From assembly GCA_002269645.1 (NCBI GenBank), contig NIVC01002843.1:1-48237 (forward strand): 48,237 nt of DNA, read 5' to 3'. Made by a program: the position numbers and the translations under genes. Position 1 is the stretch's first letter; every line of letters starts with the position of its first letter. Below the pieces are notes generated by a model that saw only the letters and a list, made by a program, of their open reading frames with translations, did no database searches and was not told the DNA's origin. This stretch comes from Macrostomum lignano (taxonomy: Eukaryota). Below are positions 1-26,310 of this stretch, one piece after another.

Positions 1-57
1 TTATATTGATTTACTGACTCAGCACAGACAGAGATTAGGGGTGGGTGACTGAACAAC

Positions 58-209
<152 letters not shown>

Positions 210-289
210 AATAACCAACTCCAAACCCACCGACACTGGGTGGCAAAAGTGCACTAGATCTAAAAAATAAACAAATAATAATAACTAAC

Positions 290-545
290 TGAGAGACCTA
301 GCCAAGCCATACACATAACTAACTATCTGACACTTTCAGAGCACCCCTCGTACTGTACGCAGGAGCGCACTCATACACAGGAGGTACAGCGAGCGCCCCA
401 GACTGTCTCATCATCTTGCATGCACACTCTGTGCCTTGTTGGTCGGTCCTCAAGGGTCTTCAAACGAATGCGGCCGAGCACGGAATCGAACCGCGGCGCG
501 AGAGTCGGACGCGCTCACCGCCGAATTCGGGTGACCTTGTGGCTC
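290..545 (-). mobile_element. Possible tRNA-derived SINE (boundaries approximate)
   Basis: On the minus strand, GGCGGTGAGCGCGTCCGACTC is followed by a Pol III B-box GGTTCGATTCC (plus strand 482-492). There is no full cloverleaf and no second copy in the window. Confidence 0.35.
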
Positions 546-633
546 CCGTACTTTTGAATGTCCTTTATAGCCGAGCTTTCATCTGTCAGATATAAACAAA
601 TTGGTCACCATGGGATCCAGCCGCCCCACTCAC

Positions 634-3600
634 ACATCACCCTGATGACGGTGCTAGCCTCGAGCGGCTGTTCCATCGCCGCATTCTGCGCCAGGCAGGT
701 GAACTCTGCCAGGTGATCCTCGACGCTCACCGGCAGGGCGATGATGTTGTTCAGCTGGCCGTTGCGCAGGTCAGAAGACGGAGAGATAATGATGGCGTGG
801 TGCTCGCCGCGGCGCCTGCGATGCCACACCAGCTTGCCCAGCGGGATGCCCGGGCTGGCCTGGCACGTCAGCAGCAGCCTGCCGCCAGCCCGGTAGACCG
901 GCCCGGCATCCGCGCTGATCACCGGCTGACCGTCTTCTCTGCGCGGGGGAGCGATGAGGGATGATGCTGTTCTGTGGGCTGGTTGCCATTGAGCAATACT
1001 ACATACTGCTGGAGTAGGGATGTTCGGGGTGCCCGATAATTAGTCACGTCTCGTACTTTATGGGTGGTTAAAGGCGCCCATTGTTTGTCAGGACTGGAGG
1101 CTGGATTGGTCGACAAAGGCGTTAGACAAACAGATTTTTAATGACGAGAAATGCTCATCCCCTGTTCAGGTTGTGCGTACGCCCGCATGAGGGATTGTCG
1201 GCAGTGCCAGGGGGAGGGGGGCAGACATAATTTGCGTGCTTGAGTTTCATTGGTGAACTAATTTTTTGAAGCGCCCCGATAAAACGCACCGTACACCACA
1301 AAGGTCACGCTGCTCTTCCGCTCCTTCGTCCATCCTTCATCGCCGTCAGGGCTTCGTTGGTGGCCCGGCACTCCAGCACGCTGCCATTGACCACTCCGGC
1401 CTTGGATGGGGTCAGCGTCAGCGTCGACGACACGGACCGGCGCGCTGCCAGACGACGACGTGACGCCGTTCGTCAGTTTCTTGCCGTCAAGGTGCCAAGT
1501 CAGCTTTGGCGCCGGATAGCCGTCGCTGCATTCACAGAGCACCGTCAGGGACCGGTTGTGGTTTGACACAGTCAGCTGGGAGACGCCATAGTTGATGACT
1601 GGCTGCGAGGGCAGAACTGCGGCGGATAGCGCATGGTGGCATGTTGTTTGTGACGAATAGCTATAGTGATGGGTCACTCTGGTGACGGGTCACTTTGGTG
1701 ACGGGTCACTTTGGTGACGGGTCACTTTGGTGACGGGTCACTTTGGTGACGGGTCACTTTGGTGACGGGTCACTTTGGTGACGGGTCACTTTGGTGACGG
1801 GTCACTTTGGTGACGGGTCACTTTGGTGACGGGTCACTTTGGTGACGGGTCACTTTGGTGACGGGTCACTTTGGTGACGGGTCACTTTGGTGACGGGTCA
1901 CTTTGGTGACGGGTCACTTTGGTGACGGGTCACTTTGGTGACGGGTCACTTTGGTGACGGGTCACTTTGGTGACGGGTCACTTTGGTGACGGGTCACTTT
2001 GGTGACGGGTCACTTTGGTGACGGGTCACTTTGGTGACGGGTCACTTTGGTGACGGGTCACTTTGGTGACGGGTCACTTTGGTGACGGGTCACTTTGGTG
2101 ACGGGTCACTTTGGTGACGGGTCACTTTGGTGACGGGTCACTTTGGTGACGGGTCACTTTGGTGACGGGTCACTTTGGTGACGGGTCACTTTGGTGACGG
2201 GTCACTTTGGTGACGGGTCACTTTGGTGACGGGTCACTTTGGTGACGGGTCACTTTGGTGACGGGTCACTTTGGTGACGGGTCACTTTGGTGACGGGTCA
2301 CTTTGGTGACGGGTCACTTTGGTGACGGGTCACTTTGGTGACGGGTCACTTTGGTGACGGGTCACTTTGGCTCCGAATAGTTTCCCCAGAACAGATTCTG
2401 CAGCCCTGAGGCGTTTCAGAGCGTCCAATAAAACTCTGCTTGAATTTGAATAAATCGCTCGACTCCCCAATTTTCTGCTTTCCGAATTGTATTCGGCGAC
2501 CCCCTGTCGCTGGCAAGCCACTTAGTGCGATAGCGCAGCCTCCATCATCATATTATCGTGCATATTAAGCATGTAATATTGGTTATTGTGCATTCCAAAT
2601 CTCCTCAGCCCAGCTCCGTGAGTCAGACTAATCCCTGACGGAACTCAAATCCATCCCAGGCGAGGAAGAGAGAGAGAGAGAGAAGTTTCTCCCAATTTTT
2701 CCGGCGTCTTAATAAATTTCTGCTCCAAGTCTCAATTCTTTTCTCAGCCTCCCGCTGTCAAATCGGGGGGGGGGGGTCCAGCACGGCCAGGAGTTTTAAA
2801 CCCCGCAGTTTCCCGCGCCCGCGGTGCGGCGACCTCCCGCTGTGACCCTTCCAGACTCTCCGCTCCATCAATGACGCCGACTGCCCAGGCTGATAGATGA
2901 GGAGGCGGAGGCTGGAGTCTCCTGCAGAACGCCAACTGGCGGCCAAAGCTTCATCTTCGCGGCTCCTCTGTCCCTCTAAAATTGGCTTATTTCATTTTGC
3001 CAATGCATCGGCGGCCGAGACGACGGCCGCGGCCGCTTCAAGCGGTTCGAACTCGGGCGGGGAAAGAGACAGGGGCAGCCGGGGAGAAGCTGCTCCGCAT
3101 GTCAGGGCAGTTAAAAAGATGAATTCACCCGCGAGCAGCCCCAGTCCGGCCGGGAAATCGAGTCAGAATGAGAGATCCGGACAAAAATGAAAAGATCCCC
3201 ATCTTTTTGGAGCAGCTGAGTCCAATCAGTCAAAATTGAGCCCCCTTTGTGCGACGGATCCTCTGCCAGGGGCAATCAGCGATCCCATGGCCCAGCCTGC
3301 CTTCTGCATCCCTGCTGATCTCCCCTGCTCGGCTCTCCAACCTGCACTCGTCCTGCCTGTCTCCCTCCGCTAATGCACGACCTTTTTACATTGCAAGAAA
3401 TTCCCTTTCGGCCGCAATTGTTGCCGGCCCAGCCATTCATTAAGCTAATGGTGGGATTTATTGCCATTGAGCGCTGCCTGCCCATCCCTGCTGACACGGC
3501 CGCAGCCCGATGCCGTGTGGTTGCGCAACTTTCACAGCGATGCCGCCTCCACCCAGCTCAGCCTCTGAGCTGCTGAGAGCCGCCACCATCTACGCTAATC

Positions 3601-6291
3601 AAATTGGCAGTTCGGGAACTCTTGTCTGCTCAAAGCGACTCCCCCGCGCCTGTCCCGGTGGAGATTCGAGAATAATCTGTTAATTATTCAGGATCAGCCG
3701 GAAACTCCGGATGAAACTTGGGGACACCGGAGGGGTGCCGGAGTTCTGGGCGGGGTGCTGCTGGGAGCTCAGCTTGCAGAAATGATAGGCCAAGTTTAAC
3801 ACTTTTGAAAGCTTAGTGCTCTGCGCCAGAACTGATCTCACAATGAACTCATGAACTCGGCCATTTCGTTGCGACAGTGAGTTTCCACTCACAGCATTCG
3901 CCTGTCCACACCCTCCTGTCACTCCCTCCTGTCCACTCCCTCCTGTCCACTCCCTCCCGTCCACTCCCTCCTGTCCACCCCTCTTGTCCGCTCCCTCCTG
4001 TCCACTCCCTCCTGTCCACTCCCTCCAGTCCACCCCTCCTGTCTAGTCCCTCCTGTCCACTCCCTCCTGTCCACTCCCTCCTGTCCACTTCCTCCTGTCC
4101 GCTCCCTCCTGTCCACTCCCTCCAGTCCACCCCTCCTGTCCGCTCCCTCCTGTCCACTCCCTCCTGTCCACTCCCTCCTGTCCACTCCCTCCAGTCCACC
4201 CCTCCTGTCCACTCCCTCCAGTCCACCCCTCCTGTCTAGTCCCTCCTGTCCAGTCCTTCCTGTCGACCCCTTCTGTCCACTCCCTCCTGTCCACTCCCTC
4301 CTGTCCACTCCCTCCTGTCCACTCCCTCCAGTCCACCCCTCCTGTCCGCTCCCTCCTGTCCACTCCCTCCTGTCCACTCCCTCCTGTCCACTCCCTCCTG
4401 TCCACTCCCTCCAGTCCACCCCTCCTGTCTAGTCCCTCCTGTCCACTCCCTCCTGTCCACTCCCTCCTGTCCACTCCCTCCTGTCCACTTCCTCCTGTCC
4501 GCTCCCTCCTGTCCGCTCCCTCCTGTCCGCTCCCCACCCGCTCCGATCTGAGCACATGGGCCACTCACTCAGCACGGAGAGGCTGGTCCGGTACTGCAGG
4601 GCGGTGCCATCCCGGATCACCTGGCACTCGTAGTCGCCGATGTCGTCGAAGGTGACGTTGCTGATTTGCAGCGTGAAGTCGTCAGCGGTGCTGCCGATGA
4701 TCTCAAACCTGGGCAGGCTCATGTCCCCTGCGGTTGGCGGCGGAGTGCAATAATTAATGGAATGAATTGTCATTGTTGAGCACGTTCGCTTTCTCAGCTC
4801 GCGCGGAGTTTCATTTGTGCTTCATCCGCAGGCTCGTAGGCATATTAATTTTTTTCATATTCTCAAAAAATTGCTTCATAACTACCTGGCTCGTGTCTCA
4901 ATAAGATTTTTTTGCATGTTCTCATTTTCTTACTCTACTGATTGCCCCCTGCTTTCCGCACACTGAGAAGCGTGGCCTCAAAACCAGGCGTGCCCCCCCC
5001 CCCATCGGCAGGTTATAAAGATTTCCAACTCTTGCAATGCTAGGAAGGTGGAAATGCCGGCAGAAATGAAAGCCGCCTCATTGATGCCCCTCTCTGCCTC
5101 TTTACAGACGCCCCCCCCCCCCAAGGTCCCGCCGGCTCCGGGCAGCGGGGAGCTGCGGACATCAGGAAATAATCGGCCAGGCCGCCATGAAGATTTCTCC
5201 AAGCCCGGGCGACTTCTCCCATGGGCAATTTGCGGGGTGGATACGGGGTGGTGTCTCCTTGACCTCCTCGCTCGATTCCTTTATTTTCTTGTGTAGCGGC
5301 CAGTGCCACCGGAAGAGCAGGCCGGGCCCGCAGGCTGCAAGGCAATCGCATATCATTGCCCCAGACCGGCGGCCACTTCTCGTTTACATATCGCCTCGGG
5401 ACAAATTTCTGGCCTTCCCCTCTAGAAGCAGCGCCGCGGCTCTGGCCGGGTTGCTAAGCTACTCCGCTCTCAGCCCCCTCTGACCCTCAACCTCTCGCCC
5501 AATTCGTATTTACAATTTTAGCGCAGTGCCCGTCTCGCCCAGGGGACTCGGAGGAACCTCTGCCGGAGTCGGAGCCGCCATGCGAGCTGTCTTATTTTTT
5601 ATTCGAATTTCTCCTCTCCCAGTCAGAGCGAATCTCGGGCGCAAAAGGAAAGTTTTCTCCAGGCTACCGGCCCTTCAATCATCGCAATTTCCATCTTCAT
5701 CTTCCAGAAATGCCCGCCCTGGGAACGCCGGATTTGGGGATTTCGAAGGCCTTCGGATTAAGCTTGAGTTCTGGTCAGTCTGTCTGCGTTCGACAGCCGC
5801 TCGTCTATGGCGAGAGTTGTGCGGTGCGGGGGGTCCGGCTTCGGTGCGGCTCCGATGATCTCCGATCTCTGAGCAATCAGCTCTCTTTTCAAGTACAAAG
5901 TGCGAGACCGCTGTTTTAACTCGCTCTACTCGGTAGAAAAGAGATTTGGGAAAATCAATACTCTGTGGGATGCCAATATCAATTGTTTGTGTTGCGCACC
6001 TTCTCGATACCAATGGCACCGCACTATCGATACACCCAATCGCATTAACTCACTGTCGATAAAGGTGCTCTTGACCTTCCAGAAGACATGCGGCAGTGTG
6101 CTGGAGCCGTCAGCAACGGCCACTTTGCATGGCAGCAGGATGCTGGAGAGTTCCATCACCTTGTACTGGCTATCTGGCTTGCGCACGGCGCAGAATGCCA
6201 AGGTGCCGTTGCAGACGCCAGCAGCAGCGGCTTGGGGTAGCAGAGGAGTCGCCAGAGCCAGCAGGGGCAGCAGCGGCCAGAGCGATGGCAT
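634..6291 (-). CDS. Immunoglobulin-superfamily cell-surface protein (nephrin/Kirre/sidestep-like), 5' part; gene continues beyond the window start
   Basis: Exons 6291-6054 (signal peptide MPSLWPLLPLLALA, LLPCKV, VFWK; donor GTGAGT), 4727-4569 (FTLQISNVTFDDIGDYECQV), 1616-1290 (VLCECSDGYPAPKLTWHLDGK...SVSSTLTLTP...LECRATNEAL) and ~938/936-634 (LLLTCQASPGIPLGKLVW...FTCLAQNAAM). Introns are phase 1, as is typical between Ig domains. Exon 3 needs two compensating frame changes, and the exon 4 acceptor is ambiguous by 2 nt. Confidence 0.85.
1666..2370. repeat. 16-bp minisatellite (GGTGACGGGTCACTTT) x~44
   Basis: Near-perfect tandem copies in intron 2 of the Ig gene, ending ~50 nt before the acceptor of exon 3. 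Confidence 0.97.
3901..4534. repeat. ~14-bp minisatellite (CTCCTGTCCACTCC) with variants
   Basis: Tandem variant units in intron 2 of the Ig gene, starting ~35 nt after the exon 2 donor. Confidence 0.95.
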
Positions 6292-9200
6292 CCCAGCGTC
6301 CTAGGATCCAAAAGCGATCGGTATGAAGGAAAAAAATAATTAAAAAATGAAATTTGGAACTGTATCACAGGATTCCAGGCCGGGCGTGTTTGCTTAGTGA
6401 AAGCGCGGATTCAGCGCAGGCGAAGGTTTAAGACAGATGCGCGCCTCCTTCAGCCAGCCCCGCCATTGGTCCGGCCAGCTTTGCCAGCAATTGGGCAGCG
6501 CCAAACTTCAAGCCTCCCCGCTTTCCCCAGGCAGTAGGGCGCAGCGCCTTTAAATGTGTCATTTTCTGCATCGCGTGACAAACTGACACGAACAGCCGTG
6601 GCAGCAGTGCGTTTGGAATTTTTTTAGCTTTGAAATTTAGCCTCCGGGCTCTGACAAGATTGCCTGCTTCGTTGAGAGGTCTCAGAGATGCTTTTCTGGG
6701 CTGGCTGCACTCATGTGGGACTGTCTCATTTGCATTCGTTTCTTGTAAGTTGATACCCTCTCAGTTTCCGCTGTGACTTTCTGCTAAGGTGCAGCAATGC
6801 GTTCGGTAACTCTACACCTGGAGCCAGTCTCTCCTTCTCCCACGTTCCTCCGGTCACTCCACTTCACTTCACTCTCGAGCAGCAAGTTGGCCCCAGCTCG
6901 CACCCTCTCCACGGCTTGCGGCTCCACTTCGGCGCTCGGCAACAAACAGCACCGGTCGGAGCTCTCAGCCTCATCTTGTCCTCTTAATTGACACTTGCTT
7001 TCTCGGTAAAGCAAAAAACAATTGTATAGAGTTGTGGAGAAATTCCCTTATGAATTCCGATTGGGGCCCGCTCGTGGTGCGAGCACAGGCGTCTTATAAG
7101 CACTCTTGTGTGAGAAGAATTGGGATATTTGTGTGACTCATGCAAGCATAATGCTCTCATTGATTGTCTCGTAAACAACTCGAAAGTTTGCTGTTATTGC
7201 CCTGATGCTTTTCTGAAGATTTTTATGCATATTTTCGCTTTCTAAAAGCTATCGCATGTCTCTGCATGGAGCTTCATATTATTACTGTCTGAAAAAAGAA
7301 AATGTGTTTAAATTAAGCTCTTGTACTCGTAATTTCATTGCCTCAGCTGCTTTGAAGAGAGACCGGAGTTACTGTCGCAGTACTCAGTGAAACGATAAAT
7401 TAATGCTTTTAGAGCTGCGCCTGGCTCCAATTCGAGAGATTTCGATGGTTTCTCTAAGTGACAAAGGATCGGCCTCGACTCGAAATTGTCCGAAATTAGA
7501 GTTATGCGTTGCTCATTCTAAAAGTTATAGGATAATTGTAACGTGAGACCACACACACAGTCCCCCCACGCCGATTCGTGCACATCCTTTTTAACCAAGA
7601 AGTTAGAGATTCGAACTGGTCTAAAATGGGTCCGGTAAACTGGATGATAATATGCAGAGTCGATTTTATTTCTTACTATCAGTATGAAAAAGCATCATTG
7701 ATAATATAGTGGTAGTGCAGCTTTGCGCCGCAAGGGTCAATTGTGACTATTTTCCTGTGAGAAATTTCTCAACCGCAGATGCAAAGAGGGTCTAAAGACT
7801 ACTACCGGAGTGTAACTCATTCTAATAGCGGTCCTTTGACTGGGCTATATAGTTTTACGAGAAAAATAGGGAGGTGCATAAATTTTACTACCGGAACTAA
7901 CCAGTAAATGCACCAGGAAATCAAAAGTTGGTCGAATTTCTACTTGAAAGTGGACGAAAAAATCACATTTTAATCATCCAATTTCCATTTCCATGTTCTA
8001 TTTCCATTAATCTAAGAGGTTCAAGCTAGGTAAGGGATCGGGAGTCAGCCGACCCTAGAAATATTCTTGATTTGCGCCTGCAATATTTTGAGGAAATTAT
8101 ATAGAATTAGTAAAGACCTAGGAATAATTACAAACATACGCGCGTACATATCTTAATATTTGGTCAGCTACATGAAAACTGGATTATAATCAAGGACCAC
8201 TAGGAACACTTCGTTTTATCGTTACACTTCAAGTCTAGCAGTCCTTGATTATAATGCACCTAAGACGAAAAAAGTTGCTACAATATAAAAGTTGTCGAGA
8301 CTTCCGGACTGTTTAGTGTAGACACTGCATGTAAACAAATACAAATACAATAAATATATTTTGTGCAAGCAGCTGGCCTAAAAGCTAATCCCATTAATAA
8401 GTTTAACACGTATTAAGACTAAAAAGCTTGAAAAGAGACAAATCAAGAAAAGAATATAATAACATTTTTATTTATAGAGAAAATTCAATTATATTGTATT
8501 ATATATTAAATATCGTGGGGTTTTCCGAGGGATAGAGTATTTCACGTGCCGTCGTGACATTAGTAGTTAAGGTGGCTATATACTCCTAATCTATGTACTA
8601 TTTCCTTGCAACTTTAAAACATCATCTATTTAGTTTCATGCACATACAAAGACAGAAAAGTATATATTTTACCTATTGCAAGATGGGGTTTACTTTAATT
8701 CTTTAGCAATAATAAAAAACTTAAACTTATTTCAGTATGAAACAAAATAACACTAATTTTTCAAGAATATAAGAAACCATCTTATTTTACAGTGTCGCAA
8801 AATCCTTGTCATAATAAAATGCACAATAAAGTTTTAATTGCAACAATAACATTTAACATTAATTATGCCATTTTAAATATGCTATTTTAAATTCAGCTTA
8901 ATAAATAAACTTAAAAATTACAACGCTCGAATTAAATTGTACCCTGATTACTATTTAGAAATTAGGCTGAAATGACTATTTGATTTACTGTCCTAAATGA
9001 TCATAATTATATACACATCTTATTTTTAAGTATGTAAGTAATTCATAATTGTTGTTGAATATAACTTTGGTATTCACTTTCATAAAAGTGTGTTAAAGAT
9101 GTATTCTTTTCAAGGTGAAAATGATTAAAATAATTTCTAGGTAATTTTCTATAGATGCTAGATTATCTTAAAAGTAATTTAGATATATGGTTTTAAGCTT

Positions 9201-9319
9201 AAATTCTTAAGGTAAGTTTTTAAAGGAGCAATAATTACTTATAATTGATATCAATCAACTTTCAGAAGTATCTGGTTCAGATACTGATAATATTTATTGA
9301 AAATGTTATTAAAATATAC

Positions 9320-9419
9320 AGAATATATATTTTTAATTCTCTTAGCTAATAGCTATATATATCTTAGCTATTCTTAGCTATCTTAGCTATTAGCTAAGAG
9401 AATTAAAAATATATATTCT
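9320..9419. repeat. Perfect 36-bp inverted repeat (hairpin) in an AT-rich block
   Basis: 9320-9355 (AGAATATATATTTTTAATTCTCTTAGCTAATAGCTA) is the exact reverse complement of 9384-9419, with a 28-bp spacer. Confidence 0.9.
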
Positions 9420-9823
9420 AAACTATATATATTAGATATATATTATGTGAACTATATATATATATTACTAATGGTAATACAAATAGCCAAATGATTCTAA
9501 AGGTTGTGTCTATATATATAGTTATGATACGACTCTGAATTAGCTTTATGAAATATTTTACATTAATCTTGTTAATATATCTAATTAATTTCTGATTACA
9601 TTATAATATTTTTAGATTGAACTATAAAAAAATCAATTTAATACCAATAGAAAAAAAATTAAATACATTATAATAAATATTATGCATGGTTTTTAAACAG
9701 TAAATTTACTCTTTAGAACTTAAGATAAAAATTGCTAGATATCTTACTAAAGATTCATATTAATTTTAGTTTCAAATCTATATACATTGCTAGTTTTAAT
9801 TGTTAATATATCATATATTTTGC

Positions 9824-11053
9824 ATGAGCTCAGAAACAAAAATCATGAGCACAGAGACATCAGGTGATGCAGCCCTGGCTGCTCAGCTGGCCCAAATGGA
9901 GATGGGAGGAACAGCAGTGGCTGGGCAGGGATCTCAGCAGCAGCCACCAGCTCAGCAGCAGCAGCAGCAGCCACCACCAGCTCAGCAGCAGCAGCAGCAG
10001 CCACCACCAGCTCAGCAGCAGCAGCAGCAGCACAATGGTCTAGCGCCAGAACATCTAACAAAGCTACGCGCTGATGTTAACGTTGTTCAAAAGAATGCAA
10101 CAGTGAGTCATAAACTTGTTCTGCTTTTATTAGTCAGTCAGGCGTTTCGCAGCCAGCGAGGAGGCAAGCGGTTTTGCTCATTCCTCTGACCCCTGACTAC
10201 TCATACAATGTGTACAGCGGCCCTGACATTGTCGTTTTGTCATGGGCGGGAGTCGCGTGCCGCCAGGTTTTCTTGCACGAGTCGGCTGCTCCCCTTTTCT
10301 GTGTTTTATTTGCCTTCATTTTTCCTTATCGCCGCCCAGGTGTTTGCCGAGATGCTGGCCGAGCAGGAGGATCCGGCGGTCACGCCGGAGGCTGACGCGC
10401 AGCTGCTGCGAGAACTGGCCGGCACCAACCAGCAGATGCAGGCCCGCATGCTGGAGCTCATCGGCTACCTGGGCGCCGTCATTGGCGGCCCCAGCGGCGG
10501 CGGCAGCGGCAGCGGCAGCGGCGGCAGCGACAGCCCCGGCCAGCTGCTAGAGGACCTGCTGCGGCTCAACGACCAGCTGAACGACTCGCTGCGCCGCTTC
10601 GATCGGCTCCGGCGGGCCTGGCAGGACCTGGCCAGCGGCGGCTCCTTCAACCCCATGTTCGACTTGGCCGAGACCGCCGCGCCGCCGGCGTCTCAGCATC
10701 CGCCCCCAACGCATCCGCCCCCGGCGAGTCGACCACAGGCTTCCAATCCGCCGCCAGATTTTCAATCGCGGCCCGCTGACGCCCCCGTGGCTGCCGCCGC
10801 CGCCACCGCCGCCCCTGCTGCCGCCACTGCTGCCCCTGCTGCCGCCCCTGCTGCCGCCACTGCTGCCCCTGCTGCCGCCCCTGCTGCCGCCACCGCTGCC
10901 CCTGCTGCCGCCACGGCCCAGGCTGGCAATCCGGGCGGCCTACCGGACTCGGAGAAGGAGCTGGCCGCGATGGAGACCTGGATGGGGCAGGGCGGCGGCG
11001 GCCTGTTCCCTGCTGGCGGCAGCTCGGACTCGCCCGCTGTCAGCGGCAAATAG
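9824..11053 (+). CDS. TOM1/TOM1L-like GAT-domain protein (no VHS domain seen)
   Basis: Exons 9824-10102 (donor ACA|GTGAGT) and 10340-11053 (acceptor CCCAG|GTG), phase 0. The joined peptide KLRADVNVVQKNATVFAEML...QLLRELAGTNQQMQARMLELI...EDLLRLNDQLNDSLRRFDR matches the TOM1-family GAT helices as recalled. It has a Gln/Pro repeat at the N-terminus and an Ala/Pro repeat near the C-terminus. The start codon is uncertain. Confidence 0.8.
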
Positions 11054-12110
11054 GGGCCTCTGACCGATGCGAATTCCAAGTTATTCACCCGCTATTGGCT
11101 ATTTGCACAGGCCACTGCCAAGGGGAGCCTTTACTGGCTTAGTGTGCTCAAGGACTTCTATTAGGGCGACTGGATTAGAAATTGAAATGAAAAAGCATAA
11201 AATCAATGACAAAAAAGTAATTATGTTGTTTGCTACACAGGTATCTTTTGATGAGAAATTCTTTTCTAATCTTTTTGAGTTTTTTTAAGCGATTTGGCGT
11301 TCGTTCCCTGTTCTCATTTAGAAGTCCATGAGTGGGCAACTCCACAAGCACCGGCCCGCCCCCACACACAGTGCCCTCTTGCCTGCTGCAGATGCCTATG
11401 TTTGTGTATCTGTTTGAATTGCTCGAACACTTTCTCCCGCCGATCCGGACTGCACGCTTTGCAACTCTGATAGAGAGAGCCTTCCGCATGACACCGCCGT
11501 GTTTTAAACGGCTTTCGCTATTCAGCCTACTGCCAGTAGCCCCAATTGTATCTCTGCTATGATAGCTTACATGTATATTTATTTAACATTATTAATCATT
11601 GGATATAAACTGCATATGCTTTTTGGTAAAAAAATATGCACAGTAAGATTTTATTATTATGACAATCTGCACGCAATAATTATGAATATCGCCGATTCCC
11701 ATCTGCCCTCTCCGCCCCTCCCAGTCACGGCCTTCATCAACCAGCTGCTCATTTTTGCGCTTCAATCGGCCCCGGTTAAGCAATTATCGCCACATTCAAT
11801 TTTTTAGTCTCGCGGCTTCTGATGCGGCTTCTGAGTCTGTATTAATTTCATTATTGCAGTAGTTCGCTGCTTGTCACTTTCCTGAGCGTTATTAATAGAA
11901 TCACTTTATTATGCTTATCAGTTTAAAATACACAAATACACTCATTCGCTCTCTACTGGTCTGCAGAAGTTCTCTATTTGAATTAATATACTTTAAAATA
12001 ATGCTCAGGTCATTTTAAAACTCCCAGCTTTCTACTGAAAGTAGTGCAAGAGTCTGCAGTAAATTTCAATTGATTTGAAGACCAAACCGGTTCCTGATCG
12101 CAGCTCCACA

Positions 12111-25910
<13,800 letters not shown>

Positions 25911-26040
25911 CCGGTCGCTGCCGCCCCCAGCTGTACACATTTTCTGTTGCAAAAGTCTATAATCCAAGATATTTAGTATTTTTGAGATACAAAGTTTCCC
26001 GTCCACCCACCTAATTAAGTGGTCCTTGCAAACTCCTAAC

Positions 26041-26310
26041 GGTCGTAGCCCAGTGGTCTGGCGCGGCGCTCTGATGTGCCAGCGGCCCCGGCTCGATTCC
26101 AGGTGCAGTCACATTAATTTGGGGCTAAATTGGAATCCCGGCTTGGCTCTGCTCGTGCATACTGCGTACGTATCAGCGCACTTGTGTGCCTGCCCAGGAG
26201 AGTCGGCGGAATGCGCAGTAATGCCTCTCGCCGGTTGTGCGACAGTGTCGCTTAAAATGCGCCAGGGTGCAGACAGACGCCTGCCCCCTGAAGCGTCTCG
26301 TAAAATATTA
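26041..26310 (+). mobile_element. tRNA-derived SINE-like element of a second family (3' boundary approximate), downstream of the TBC1D32 stop
   Basis: A-box TAGCCCAGTGG (26046-26056) and B-box-like GGCTCGATTCC (26090-26100) at tRNA spacing. The acceptor stem does not pair, so it is not a functional tRNA. Confidence 0.55.

Noticed and set aside
1671-1700. Nuclear-receptor half-sites (GGGTCA) in the 16-bp array
   Set aside because: The spacing and second half-site do not match a canonical response element; likely incidental.
2500-3700. Possible enhancer-like non-coding DNA in Ig gene introns (also 4780-5900)
   Set aside because: TAAT/ATTA-type words and GC-rich patches are present, but no specific element can be supported without conservation or chromatin data.
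3680-4568. Several overlapping ORFs with VDRREWTGG repeats; likewise 14653-15747 and 23376-24555
   Set aside because: Minisatellite translations inside introns.
9810-9826. TCATATATTTTGCATG before the GAT gene ATG resembles the AUG-ending flatworm spliced leader, hinting at a retrocopy
   Set aside because: A short match in very AT-rich DNA, based on a remembered leader sequence; the gene also has an intron.
26041-26112. Functional tRNA gene (also the tRNA-like heads at 13556, 42029 and ~490)
   Set aside because: A and B boxes are present, but the acceptor and anticodon stems do not form and the sequences continue into SINE-like bodies.
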